A stretch of DNA of 39,670 bases from Candidatus Shapirobacteria bacterium (lineage in GTDB: Bacteria > Patescibacteriota > Microgenomatia > UBA12405), in contig VFLE01000046.1 in the NCBI GenBank assembly GCA_009885205.1, positions 1-39,670 of the forward strand. The letters are read 5' to 3'. Shown in pieces: positions 19,101 to 27,800 of the stretch; the first letter of the stretch is position 1, and the number at the start of each line of letters is the position of its first letter. A program made the position numbers and the translations under genes. Below the pieces are notes generated by a model. It ran no database searches and was not told the DNA's origin. It saw only the letters and a program-made list of their open reading frames with translations.

Positions 19101-20335
19101 ATGTTTTCATCTGCTACTAATCTAGAACCTTCCGCTTGTGTATCAAGTCCAAGAACATCCATTGTTGTCGCTGTTGTATTTATTATTCTATCAGCAGACA
19201 TATTCCACGCATTCTTGGCTATTTTAACCGGCGTATCCCAACTCCAAAAGTCAGTTCCACCAGCTTTAGCCTCTTTATATAGTTTCTTATTCTCTAAATC
19301 TAACTCGTCCATCTTTTTTACATAAGTTGGAAAGTTTGTTTTATAGTAATCGTATAAAGCTCTATTGTCAAATAACTCGTTCTTCTTTATCTCTTTTTGT
19401 TCTCTTATTCCTTTGTATATTTCTTCATCTTGAGTAAGATCTTGTCTAAGAAAGTCCCTATTGTTCATGTCCTGCATGTATAGATCTAGTGCCTTCTTTT
19501 TAGACATCTCTCTAGCAAGGTCAATATCATAACCATGCATTATAGATCTACCAGAACCTTCAAATACTCCTTGTTCTTGTTTCTTTAATATATTCTTCTT
19601 CTGTCCGCTTTTATTCAACCAACCATCGAAGTTGTCTAAATTTACACCAGCTTTACTTAAAGCTTTAGTATCATAGTTGTTAGCAATAAAATTAACACTA
19701 GGTTCTTCTAGATCTTTTGCCTCTTCTATATTAAGTAAATTACCTTGATCACCTCTCTGTTTCTTCATATTTGAAGAATAGTATAGATACGGGTTTATTA
19801 AATCAATATCATTTAACTTTTGTTTTCTTTTTATATCACTTAATTGAATAAGTCTATTATTTTTTACAATAATATCTTTTGGTAAATTATCTTCTTCTTC
19901 TTCAAAAGTAGTTGGAGTAGTTTTAAAACCTTCTGATTTAAAACCTTTCATAGATTTAGGAAGAGGTTCTTGTGGTCTAATTGCCTTAGATTCTAGATCT
20001 TGACTTCTTTCTATTTTACGACTAGTAATCTTATTTAATCTATCAGTATAGTTTAAAAAAGGTTTTAGTTTTTCTTTTTCAGAAGGCGGAGCGATGAATC
20101 CTAATCGTTGTAAGTTTAAATCAGCTTGAGAACGTGCATCCCAAGAACCATCTGTTGATTCTGATACCAAACTCCTTGATTGTGTTTTTTTTACCGGCGC
20201 TACAACTGCACTCTTTGCACCGCCTTTGAACTTTTTTGCTCCTTCATTATTTAATAAGAATTGCATTTTCTCTAATTGAGAATATTTTGATATATCAACT
20301 GTTGATCCGTCCGGTAAAGTATATAAGTCTTCCAT
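10148..20335 (-). CDS. giant polyvalent internal virion/ejection protein (3395 aa)
   Basis: Third gene of the ejection cluster after the tail genes. Contains zincin HEFLH (17507-17521), a sigma-region-2-like segment (~16420-16800), a PcfJ-like WC motif (~14036) and a helical, hydrophobic C-terminal LPD-type region. Confidence 0.8.
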   Translation of the reverse strand: MEDLYTLPDGSTVDISKYSQLEKMQFLLNNEGAKKFKGGAKSAVVAPVKKTQSRSLVSESTDGSWDARSQADLNLQRLGFIAPPSEKEKLKPFLNYTDRLNKITSRKIERSQDLESKAIRPQEPLPKSMKGFKSEGFKTTPTTFEEEEDNLPKDIIVKNNRLIQLSDIKRKQKLNDIDLINPYLYYSSNMKKQRGDQGNLLNIEEAKDLEEPSVNFIANNYDTKALSKAGVNLDNFDGWLNKSGQKKNILKKQEQGVFEGSGRSIMHGYDIDLAREMSKKKALDLYMQDMNNRDFLRQDLTQDEEIYKGIREQKEIKKNELFDNRALYDYYKTNFPTYVKKMDELDLENKKLYKEAKAGGTDFWSWDTPVKIAKNAWNMSADRIINTTATTMDVLGLDTQAEGSRLVADENMLLKPNTRGVGYVSGKTAKSNGTNYLVDAKENVYDADDDIVVTDLLDKNQYDEIVSKSKTGQSDYIFSTQGAAVTTTGVIADMVLQSVIAGAVGNLGYVASAGRAAMAGKATMALGPRPLPSSSLGLMNYSSKMMKKLPIKRDLGYTMIAQGGMGYSSGLEDTFRELKASGVDDDEAYELAGVAAERMGILYAITTPINPQTNLANKLFLKNTVKQAVETFKKQGKTGFVNYLNSAIKNAPKELTGFVEDGLKEVVQENIQQAGETMGVNALTNKDAGRKIMNETISGDDFMNTSMISFISSGLMAKAKIPNFKAKNEDLDKLRALSTLSKNKDEFNQVVDNLYKKEVFTKEEVDNLKADVDIYSNNANKMPKSVSAKAAMPILRSLDKIQKLKDEKESLDKAFHPSIDEKIKKEEKIADDLYYADDLETKNKLIKAAIDKKVIKDIEMQTFGSSAEIKQYLIDVVGMPEDEADTNSKRGGFFLDDVLLTKYANQSGKDTSKIVKGKKVIFVNEDVSIKGGTTDVAQHEFLHGLIYETLKNSPESQILLGKALHKEIIKISKTVSDENTVLPQAFRDRINKYSNFYMDKIAAEDLKLQKDPKYKRQYDEKVSELMGNSWEEVLTLYSDAISNGSVQFNENVFTGLKDTVRQVLQNLGLRKVEFKSGRDVYNFLKDYNKSVTTGNFGIPGIGAMRTLGQSKAFIDKEALRLETGENIVVSQGSGSSEVKPSLGGDRRSGEKKSSDDIKRDVDNAYNKETFTQKMNSQRDPLLWDIVEEYEYLIRGKAKSEKFFSLPGFKKDRKDREEDFVRETQAELLPHIRNFNKEFLELREEYKQDLISKGFDPNSKEFKEILDAKDAEGYKGKKGIVKENNSLNGWINSQVLNKMRNALKRAGIVDEKFDLDFDGEDFVEGRGTTDIGEELDYLLGDSVDVMEATEDFNEEQEKLANILKDPVFRFVDEKGDEVIIDTVPERGDYVISAKDKGIEVNKQLKTETDSVRIEELKKDLRDLQRGLDLQNKEEPLTPEEKQELKSLKPTKAFNLTTGNVEYVFKAIIKKESPARIVARQVADEILRSPNVETLEFRNFKKLLADRSMVMMKRITFETGEGLESLMYNNWKLVYDVINNPVDEVTGQSSYASKKIPPYLKERNEKGEFQKVADINRAVFLQSFYSEEDAKKIIRKYNSVNPEEEISKFLDYEKLTTNAWFDRRTALRELFGDVMVLQEARRLLRNPDFIEQIGQEKPNLYNSLKDDVIRTQVLNDLAKGKSSSVKFSLEEEKRQGQYKLLNKTQLLKTQKALSEGIANNVYYGVDSMPVISDTIKFSLSEVLDQESDLISGVAVYKGYNKKYENNYKDIVKRPTDKLSDSNTIIIDNYFTSNKNYYVKVLQYSDTVDTTPGSLKLHTLKNYEEVEKEVVRRIIELIDSMNIPIGNTNGAINPFLIKDYTEDYIDRMLEKAINEGDQNYIDHFTALKNNDTYREEDIFKKQELQYESIQLLLESVWYRGDFKINFIDEEGENFEKIPTAAWHNGGYINNIKPGAEEWNEDATVKYEKPNGLKLNPFFAYLFLNDALSNRYISNPINQVVERKPFKRSQYNTTLTPIDSYNDEELIKKVFENYSHTELKNPAFIYGFLNMQKNEKYISDWENNRKVSDSDNKKIFKFDKSDKEENILSLNSLASRNINSNALWCTGQRSLGYATTHLTNGDFFIASDNDYKPSIAVRFEDRLNSGVGEVVGVEAGQSFKAEEIPLISEVFKLSNVKEKQDYIDSMDLAYSLLTDENEVDFKNNSKEKNTKLIKNVSSLNRGNLFRFELEVDSRQELEEKIRNIKRELRKLDLLEPIRNIREIIDSNFQIFINREDELDILKEQEEISQDEFKLDMDEEYITIGFQDGKLGSYDMPNLIKIDFVAFVNAYGFDAPNLTKGNKLDIQGKMMEGRAFLTLSDHIYYDLSIDASIDRNSDIDEFDTFWLSMDPINFHNGILSLVTTFDDQEKSMIDISSAINTQQIYLYGLASMIYLPKKINDLRLLIGEHNNSIPKEVELFGGESIGILHLDLTDSYITKKDKAIDFINMYQFSDNNVVDAVIDELKINIKEQLTDELKESILKSSIGSSSNEISVRVGIFDEDNEAAGGGYYYKTTVIKSNKENDSAIKYSLAETANAVISPLLSGLNLTQQSVIARDIDKAIMNGKLSKLAKNTEMDKLTAKLKKQTDPIEIKKVRQEMSDLFQADTVPFKVPRMSTSTDKAIATFIINKMAEGYNSFDFHVKKNADGPLTKQVLDALDANSKKIKQIAFRNSNLELTMNEIIEENKGIPKAEIFSEETAKNIGKGKKLDFAYLPPGDEDFEGLLYKLASGKGAMGEAQLEFFNENLIKPYSEAMTTLMVARQKMYGDWKDVITKQHKGIIKLLSQQTSYEGYTYDQAVRVYLWDKARYKIPGINNKDKFNLTDIVRTNPKLKDFANSVSLLSKQANGYVEPESNWSFGSILGDMNDIISKVNRAKYLQDWQNRADKIFSKENLSKIEAVYGGEYVKALKNMLGRLKSGTNRNPGANSKLLNWLNKSTANVMFLNTRSAVLQLLSAVNFINTSDNNIAQVALAFANQKQFWQDVKYLWNSPYLKDRRSGLMNDVAESEIAQLMDSQKGDDSINKYRRIVNWISTNGFIATRVFDAVAIAFGGSSFYRNRLNTYKKQGYTDEQAEKKTMSDFYQTSEKSQQSADVSKISANQASTTGRILLSFMNTPFQYSRIMKKAAIDIVKGRGSLANNVGKIVYYGALQNIMFNALQNLVFAIMWGDDDDDEEKKEKDSKQRITRTVNGIADNILKGMGMNYVALSVVKNALIKWYDTTGTPEGVYAPVLELLNISPMVGIKFRQILKGIKALEYNKEFNPEGDKVIPTKSIVEASSSFISVSTNIPVDRIYQKIQNIAGALDSQNEDWQRIAMIFGYSKQNLGIKDKEEDSGSATRGSSLKSPGLSGGGLKSPGLK

Positions 20336-20340
20336 TTTTT

Positions 20341-22152
20341 TTATTTTATTGATTTTTTGTATCTAGCAACATATTGTAAATCTGTTTCATTTGAATTTTG
20401 AGGATTTGCTTTCATCCAATTAGATACATTATCTTGTTGTTGAGCTTCACCAACTTTATCTTGTAATTTTTTAATCTCTCCCTCACCAGCTGTAAAATCT
20501 AATGCTAGTCTCGCTCTACTAGATGCTTTATTTAAATCATAATTAGTTAATGCTCTATAATCACCAGGTGATTGTTCATAATATATATCTGATTTAGGGA
20601 ATCTAGAATTAAAAGATTTTTTAACACTCTCTTTAGTTAATTTTCCAGATGCGATTTGATCTCCAAAAGTTAAAGAAGCGTTTTCTTTAATTGGTTCTTG
20701 AAGGAATTTTTTATAAAGATCATCAGTAGTAATGAATTTACTTGTACTTTTAGCTAATCTATTTAGATTTTGAGCATAATATTTTCTAGATCTATAGTTG
20801 TAAACTCCTGGCGCTTCACCTGGTTTCTTTTTCACTCCAACTCTTAAGTTATTGTAATATTCACCTCTGTAATCTTCATTTTCTTCTGAATCAAGAATAC
20901 CATTATCGTTCTTATCTAATTTATTAGTTCCAACACCGCCTCCGGTTTTCTCTGGTTTTTCTCTTTCAACTACTTTTGAAGTAGGATTCCAATATACAGT
21001 TTTATCACCTTCTTTTGTTTGTTCAAACTCTTTAGTCATTCCTTGAAATGATTTTTCAGTCAGTAAATCAGTTAGCATTTGTTTTTGTTCTGCTGTACTT
21101 CTAGCATTACCTTTTTCATCAACTTTAAATACTTTATCGTAGTATTGTGGTCCTTGACCTAAAGAATAATTTAATAGAACTTTTAAACTAGAAGGATTGT
21201 CAGCTGATAATATACCAGTAGCCGTTACATTTGATTTTTTACCTATTTCTTTTCTTATTACATCTTCTTGCAGTCTTTGACCTTCTGTAATTTCATATTT
21301 TCTAGTACCTACACTTGGCAGTTGAACTGTTTCATATTTTGGATTTAAAAAACCAGTATATACTTTACTATCTTTACCCATTATTGTTTCCCTGGCTTGA
21401 GTATAAAAAGTATCCATACTTTCAACAGGTAGTAGTAAACCATCACCTAAGTTTTCTTCTGCGTCTATATATGATTTAGTGTTTATAGGTACATTAAAAG
21501 TTCTACCATCAGCATGCTGTCCACTTGCTGTTACTATAAAACCATCTCCTTCATCATCTAGAGTTACTTTTAGACTAGAACTTTTATATAAAGGATTACC
21601 ATCAGTCATACCGCTCAGAGATTCCACAAAAGCAGTATTATCTAGTATTTCGTTATCATCTTTACCGTTAATAACATATCCACCAGGTATTCCAATAGTA
21701 GAAGCTTTTGCTTTTAATCTATAAGTAGCAGCAACACCACCTAATGATTTACCAGCTTTAGCAGCATTTTCAAGTGCATTGTCGGCATTTCTTATAGTAG
21801 TTAAATACTCTTGTCTTTTAGTTGCATTAGTTTCATTCAACAAAGATATTCTAGCATCTGCAGCATCTATTACTTTTTGCCGAATTATATCTTTTATCTG
21901 TTTATTTACTTCTGGATTTATAGAAGATTGTTTTTCAGACCATTTAGACAGTTTTTCATTGTAGTAAAGATCTGTTTCATTCTTTCTATCTTGAAGTTTC
22001 TGTAATGTTAGTTTTTGTTCTTTTTCTTCAGCGCGTCTTCTTTCACCTCTAGCGATTAAACCTTGAGCAATAGATTCACCTGCTCTAGCAATAGAACTTC
22101 CTATAGTATCTTCACCAGGTTGTATAATTGGTGGATTTTCATAATATCCCAT
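20341..22152 (-). CDS. internal virion/ejection protein (603 aa)
   Basis: Position between the small Ala/Gln-rich protein and the giant protein, plus an N-terminal coiled coil. Analogous to T7 gp15 by synteny only. Confidence 0.6.
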   Translation of the reverse strand: MGYYENPPIIQPGEDTIGSSIARAGESIAQGLIARGERRRAEEKEQKLTLQKLQDRKNETDLYYNEKLSKWSEKQSSINPEVNKQIKDIIRQKVIDAADARISLLNETNATKRQEYLTTIRNADNALENAAKAGKSLGGVAATYRLKAKASTIGIPGGYVINGKDDNEILDNTAFVESLSGMTDGNPLYKSSSLKVTLDDEGDGFIVTASGQHADGRTFNVPINTKSYIDAEENLGDGLLLPVESMDTFYTQARETIMGKDSKVYTGFLNPKYETVQLPSVGTRKYEITEGQRLQEDVIRKEIGKKSNVTATGILSADNPSSLKVLLNYSLGQGPQYYDKVFKVDEKGNARSTAEQKQMLTDLLTEKSFQGMTKEFEQTKEGDKTVYWNPTSKVVEREKPEKTGGGVGTNKLDKNDNGILDSEENEDYRGEYYNNLRVGVKKKPGEAPGVYNYRSRKYYAQNLNRLAKSTSKFITTDDLYKKFLQEPIKENASLTFGDQIASGKLTKESVKKSFNSRFPKSDIYYEQSPGDYRALTNYDLNKASSRARLALDFTAGEGEIKKLQDKVGEAQQQDNVSNWMKANPQNSNETDLQYVARYKKSIK

Positions 22153-22171
22153 ATCTTATTTTTTTTATATT

Positions 22172-22903
22172 TTATGCACCACCACTTGCAAAACCACCAG
22201 CAATACTACCAACAGCGCTTATAGCACCACCTATAGCAGCACTTTGAGCCTGTTTAGCCGCTGCTTGATTAGTTCTTGCTTGAGCTTCTTGTCCTGATAA
22301 TCTATTAAGTTTAGATATATCTCTAGACTCTTGTTCACCATATTGAAATTTAATACCTTCTGTTTCAGCTGCTTGTATTCTTTGTCCTTCACTAAACTGA
22401 ACTCCTTGAATTCTTTGAGCTTCAGCCATTTTCTGTTCTTGCATTTTAGCAGCGCCTTCTGCTTTCATTTTTTCATTATTAGACTCTTGTTGTTCAATAC
22501 TAGCTGACACACCTTTCTTACTTTGTAATGCCGCTTGAGCTAAAGCAGTAGCTCCACCAGCACCAGAGCCAGTAGATCTAATAGTATCTAAAGTATTAGC
22601 TAATGAAATATCAGTTTCTTCTGCTTGCATCTTAGCCGCTTGAGTTGCGACTCCTAGATTAGCAAAAGGATTACTTATCATACCACTAAGATCTTTAGCG
22701 ATTCCACTTAAGTCTTTTATGTTAGCATAAGGATTTGGAATAGCCTGTCTATTTGCTTCTATAGCAGCTATTTCACCTGCTTTTCTCGCTGCTTCATTCG
22801 CGTAACCTTTACCTGCTTGTTTAGCTTGGTTATTTTGAATCAATCCTCCTCCTACTGCAGCGGCTACTGCTACGCCTGCCGCTATTGCTGTTACTACTGC
22901 CAT
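22172..22903 (-). CDS. internal virion/ejection (pilot-like) protein (243 aa)
   Basis: Gly/Ala-rich hydrophobic termini and an Ala/Gln-rich coiled core with GAGGATALAQAA, typical of T7 gp14/P22 gp7-like proteins. Confidence 0.7.
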   Translation of the reverse strand: MAVVTAIAAGVAVAAAVGGGLIQNNQAKQAGKGYANEAARKAGEIAAIEANRQAIPNPYANIKDLSGIAKDLSGMISNPFANLGVATQAAKMQAEETDISLANTLDTIRSTGSGAGGATALAQAALQSKKGVSASIEQQESNNEKMKAEGAAKMQEQKMAEAQRIQGVQFSEGQRIQAAETEGIKFQYGEQESRDISKLNRLSGQEAQARTNQAAAKQAQSAAIGGAISAVGSIAGGFASGGA

Positions 22904-22904
22904 A

Positions 22905-23312
22905 TTATGCTATTTTTTTTGAAATTTCGTAAGAAGGATTATCGTCTACCGTATATCCTAATTCTTTGTGCACCTTTAATAATCCCTTATTTCTACCTAC
23001 ACTCAATATTATTTTGTATCCTTGAGATACAGCTACGTCTTCTAATCCTTGAACTAAAAGTTTCAAAGCATCTACTCTATCGTCTTCCCTATATTCAGGA
23101 TCAGATACGATCCACTCTGTCCATGCAACCTTAGCGTTTGTAAGATACAAAAAACCAGAAGCAATAGATTTACCATGTTTTTCAATAATAAGTCCTCCTA
23201 AGCCTTCTAATGGCATTAAGTCTTTAGTTACTTCAGGCCAACCCCAGGCTTTCCACCATAGTTGCATTGTTTCCCAATCTGATTCTTGTAATGCTCTTGT
23301 TTTTAATTCCAT
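22905..23312 (-). CDS. GNAT-fold acetyltransferase-like protein
   Basis: IASGFLY..., WIVSDPEYRE and L.KVHKELGYT motifs. It occupies the position of T7 gp13-like genes, between tail and ejection genes. Confidence 0.7.
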   Translation of the reverse strand: MELKTRALQESDWETMQLWWKAWGWPEVTKDLMPLEGLGGLIIEKHGKSIASGFLYLTNAKVAWTEWIVSDPEYREDDRVDALKLLVQGLEDVAVSQGYKIILSVGRNKGLLKVHKELGYTVDDNPSYEISKKIA

Positions 23313-23327
23313 TTAATTTTATTTAAT

Positions 23328-24800
23328 TTAATATACTGAAAAGTCATAATTTGTCGATGCTGAAAATAATTCTTTAACACCTCTTGGATCTGTAACAGTA
23401 TCTATTGACATATCTACTACAGCAAAATACCCTTTTATTCCAGATATTTCATTTCCAAAAGACACTTCTCCCTGCGTAGGTAAACTTTTATTTACTAACG
23501 CTGCCATGTATTTATTTTCTTTTCTATCAAAACCGGCTCTATTTATAGGCGGATATAATGTGCTTGGATACGAATTACCATATTCATCATAAGACCCTTC
23601 AACATAACTAAATACAGATGGAGTTGTTAAAACACCTGTTGTATCTTGTGTTTGAATATAATTAGGGGCTAAGTAATCTACTCCTGTAAAATCTGATACA
23701 AAAGAATCCACTTGCCAGCCATTAGAACCCTCGTAGTTTACAGTTTTAAAAATTTTAACATTACTTGGAGACTCATTAAAAACAAACCTAATAGAGGCAT
23801 TATTATTTACATTGTAAAACCTACACCTTGTATTCACTGCTTGATTGTAGTGTTTCCAAAGTGCTCCCTGATTTAAAGAATAGAATTTACCTTTTAAACT
23901 AACCATTTGAGAAGGTTTAAAAGTATAAAAACTAGTAAAACCATTTGCTTCTTCATTAAATCCTAAGGTATTATATGTCTGTGTAATATTCGTACTTGAT
24001 GTTTGAGTAGATATTATATACTGTTTACTATAAGCATCCCACCCACTAACTACCTTTCCTGGTCCACCTGTAGTTGGGGTTGCATCTATATTAGAAAATT
24101 CATCCCTAAAATAATCAATCATTCCATATTGTGATATTTCAGTTATACCGTCTTGAGATAATCTTAATACAGCATTTCTATATCTATCCGTAAAATACTT
24201 TCTATAACCATAGACAGCAAAACTTCCTGGATCTTTACTTATACCATAAACTCCGGCGTAACCTTGAATCTGACCAATAACAACATTTGATGATGTTAAC
24301 GTTCCCTCTCCTTCTGCAGAATATATAGCGTCTTTATCAATCAAAGCTCTGCTTACTTTATTCTCTTGGAAAACAATTAAATTTGTATCTTCGGCATATA
24401 GCCTTTGAATAGAGCCATTCGCTGGATCTAAACTTTTTGTTATCTCTTCTCCAGACGAAAATTGGTTTGTATTATTAACGCCCGTTCTTGAATTAAATAT
24501 ACCAGAATATATAAGTGAATTAGGCCTAATGGATGCCGAATTATTAATATCAACTATGTACGCTTTAACACCTAAATCAACAGATAAATTATTATATCCA
24601 CCTCTTATTCTAGCTTCTTCAATAACCCACTCTTTGCCTGGTTCAGCTACAACAGAGGATATAGGATAGCCTGTATTAGCCCCGTTTATAGTAGTTGGTA
24701 TCCCAAAAGAACCTCCCCAAACGGGATTATTTGATTCGTTTGGAAATACTTTTTTAAGTAAAAACGTATTAAAATATTTTATTTCTATTACCGCACTCAT
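23328..24800 (-). CDS. tail stabilisation/muzzle protein, C-terminal part (P22 gp10-like beta-propeller)
   Basis: GSIQRLYAEDTNLIVFQENKV, GQIQGYAGVYGISKDP.SFA.YG...YFTD and VLRLSQDGITEIS.YGM.DYF, as in crAss-like stabilisation proteins. Confidence 0.72.
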   Translation of the reverse strand: MSAVIEIKYFNTFLLKKVFPNESNNPVWGGSFGIPTTINGANTGYPISSVVAEPGKEWVIEEARIRGGYNNLSVDLGVKAYIVDINNSASIRPNSLIYSGIFNSRTGVNNTNQFSSGEEITKSLDPANGSIQRLYAEDTNLIVFQENKVSRALIDKDAIYSAEGEGTLTSSNVVIGQIQGYAGVYGISKDPGSFAVYGYRKYFTDRYRNAVLRLSQDGITEISQYGMIDYFRDEFSNIDATPTTGGPGKVVSGWDAYSKQYIISTQTSSTNITQTYNTLGFNEEANGFTSFYTFKPSQMVSLKGKFYSLNQGALWKHYNQAVNTRCRFYNVNNNASIRFVFNESPSNVKIFKTVNYEGSNGWQVDSFVSDFTGVDYLAPNYIQTQDTTGVLTTPSVFSYVEGSYDEYGNSYPSTLYPPINRAGFDRKENKYMAALVNKSLPTQGEVSFGNEISGIKGYFAVVDMSIDTVTDPRGVKELFSASTNYDFSVY

Positions 24801-24805
24801 AGATT

Positions 24806-24816
24806 TATTATTACTT
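24806..24816 (-). promoter_or_regulatory. candidate phage promoter motif AAGTAATAATA
   Basis: Lies in the gap between the two muzzle genes and matches AWGTAATnnTA. Confidence 0.3.
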
Positions 24817-24842
24817 ATTTATTAATTAATTTACTGTTAGCT

Positions 24843-27800
24843 CTATACTGGGCAAGTTACTCCCGGGGCTCCTAATGTTAATGTTAAAGCAGGGGCGTCG
24901 TTCAGATCTAATTCATCAAATTCGATAAACGTTGTTGGAGACGTAATTGGCTTGCATTGGCAAACATCACCTACGCAAAGCGTTAACACTTGACCCGCTG
25001 CGCTAAAAATGTAAACTTCAAGTATATGAGGTATAGGATCTGTAGGCACATCATAAGTTCCAATTAAAACATCTTGAGCATTAGCCGGAAACTCATTTCC
25101 GCTATTTAAAGCTACCTCAATGCCATTAACCAACACAGGACCGACCTCAGAGTTGTCGCCGATAGGGCTATTATTGATTATAGTTATTTCACCTTCTCTA
25201 AACGGGTATTTTACTGTTATGCTTTGATAAACAGTGACATTCCCTGCGTCGGTTAAATTAATTACTAATAAAGTAGAACCTTGAGCAAGCCCGCTAGATT
25301 CCTGCACTAATCCATATTGGTTAATTGTAAATGTACCTTGACCATCCAATGAGTATTGGTTAATGTCCCAAGTTAAATCTTCTGTTGTTCTATTACCAAA
25401 CTGATTTGATCCATTAGATCCAGTAAATTGCCATACATTTGGTGTTCCAGAAGCTAACTCTATTGGATTAGGGATGGGTAATGCCGACGATATAATAGGG
25501 CTTTTGTTTTTTAACAAATTTGCAGATAGAGTAATAAGTTCAGTAGAAACTGGAGATCCTATTGTTGTTTTTATAATAAAATTATAAGACTCAACATTTA
25601 CGGCATTAAGCCCATAATAAAAATATGCTCCCGGAACGGCTCCTACAGTAGGTCTTGTTTTAATTATATATCTAGTTGAAGATCCTATTCTTTCTATAAT
25701 GAATTTATTTGTTAAAGTTGTACCTAGTTGGTTTTTTACAGAGAATATTTCAACAGTAGTAGGCACTACAGCAATGTCTATTGAATTAAAAAATCTAAAC
25801 CCAATACCAGAAACATTTGTCCCGGGAGCTGCGTCTTCTGATAAATCAAAAGTAAACTCAGTTATCCTTGATACATTATTCCCTCCTGTACCGGCGTCTA
25901 TAGCGCTATTCAATTCGCTTATTAATCCAGACGTAGAAGTTTCCCAATATACATCTATTCTGGATTCAACAGGTTTTGTTTCATATATAGCTAAGTTTAT
26001 TACGCTTTTACCAGAAGGTACATCTGTAGATACTCCTAATTTATTAAAAGTTGAAATTCTAGATATTAATGGATCAGAATCAATTTGATAAAATTGATTA
26101 AAACCAAATGGCAATACCTGGGAGGTGCCTTGCAGCGGAATAACTCCGTCCGGATAAAATAAAGAGCCTCCGGTAGCTATAGCGCTTGAAAAAGCATAAG
26201 TATTACCTGGGTAGGCTTGGTTGTTACGCCAGTTTTCTGTATTATTATTAACTCTAGAGTATAAAATAACGCTGCTTCTAAATTGCTTTTGATTAGGCCC
26301 AACTTCAGATAAATCCCGGGGCACTTTATTTATATTGTCGTTTATTAAAACGGCGTGAGACGTTTTTCCTATTTCTTTAGCATATCCGTCAACGCCCGGG
26401 TAAGAAGCCATTACGCCTGGAAAATATACATTATAATAATCTTGCTCTGTTTGCTTAACTACTATTTTATAAGCATACCAGCCAAGCGGGTTGTAATCCG
26501 CACTATATATATTGCCATTGTATAAGCCAGGCCAACCATTGTTTAAGTCAGGTCCTGTGGGCGATATTTTATTATTAAATAGTATTTTTAATGAATTACC
26601 AGGCCAATTCGACGGGGTAATCTCATTTTCTGTTGGGTAAGGTATATATAAAGACGAAGCTCCAAACTCTCCCGGATTAGAACTTTTTATTAAATCAGAA
26701 AGTATTACCCCGGACTGTCGCCCAAATTTATCGCATAATACAATGCCTATTTGATAATTTCTATTTAATTTAACTGAGTGATTAGGGTACTCTACAATAC
26801 TAGTTCCTTGGCTTTCTAAAAAACCGAAATTAAATTTTGTGCTAAATCCAACATTATAATCTAAATATTTTGGATATGAAAATTTATCTTGGTAATTTGC
26901 ATATACAACTCTATTGCTAATAATCTCTTGACCTAATGCTTTTACAGGGACAATATCATTTACCCTTATAGAATCGCTGCTGGGTAATGTTTTAAAAGGT
27001 TTTTTTGCTTGATAATTATAACTATAAATCTTACCTTCAGTATTCCAAATATATGGATCTTCTACTGTTCCTTTTGTTAAATTCGGGATAGTTGACACTG
27101 CTTCAACCACGCTAATTGCAACGGCATCGGACTCTTTGTAAAGTATCTCTATTTCGGTTATTTTATATAATAAATTTAATTCATTAGCAGCGGACGGTAA
27201 TGGTATTTGCAAAAGTATATTATTTGCTTTATTTTGCATAAAGCTAACTACGGTACTTCTATAAGTACTTTCTTCATCATTTACAATTGGTGATGATGTT
27301 GCATTATACAAAAAATAACCGTCTTGCTTAGGTATATACGCAATTTGTGTAAACGGAGCAATAATAGAATATTCTCCATCATCAAATTTATACCTATAAC
27401 TAAATCTAACGAATCTGCTTTCTAAATAGGCTGGGTCTCCAGGGTACTTATCTAATGGTTTATAAGGATTAGCGGTAGTTCCGTTAGGCAAATATGCGCT
27501 AACACGATCGTACATAGTCGTTTCATACTGCTCGAGTTTTAGCAATGATATATTACCGCTTGTAAAAATAGTAGATGAAGAAACAGTAAAAGAGGCTACG
27601 TTCGAACCTGACAAAGTTATTGCAGTAACTACTCCTTTAGTAAAGCTTGAACTGCCAACGTTAGCTAAAACTACATTGCCTATACTCAATAAACTTTCAG
27701 CAAAGGTAGTTGAAGGAGTTATTACCGCTGTATACGGGCTAACCGCGGGCGAAGTTGGGGCAGTTACAGTTCCAACCGTTGCCGCTACCGAAAGGGGTAA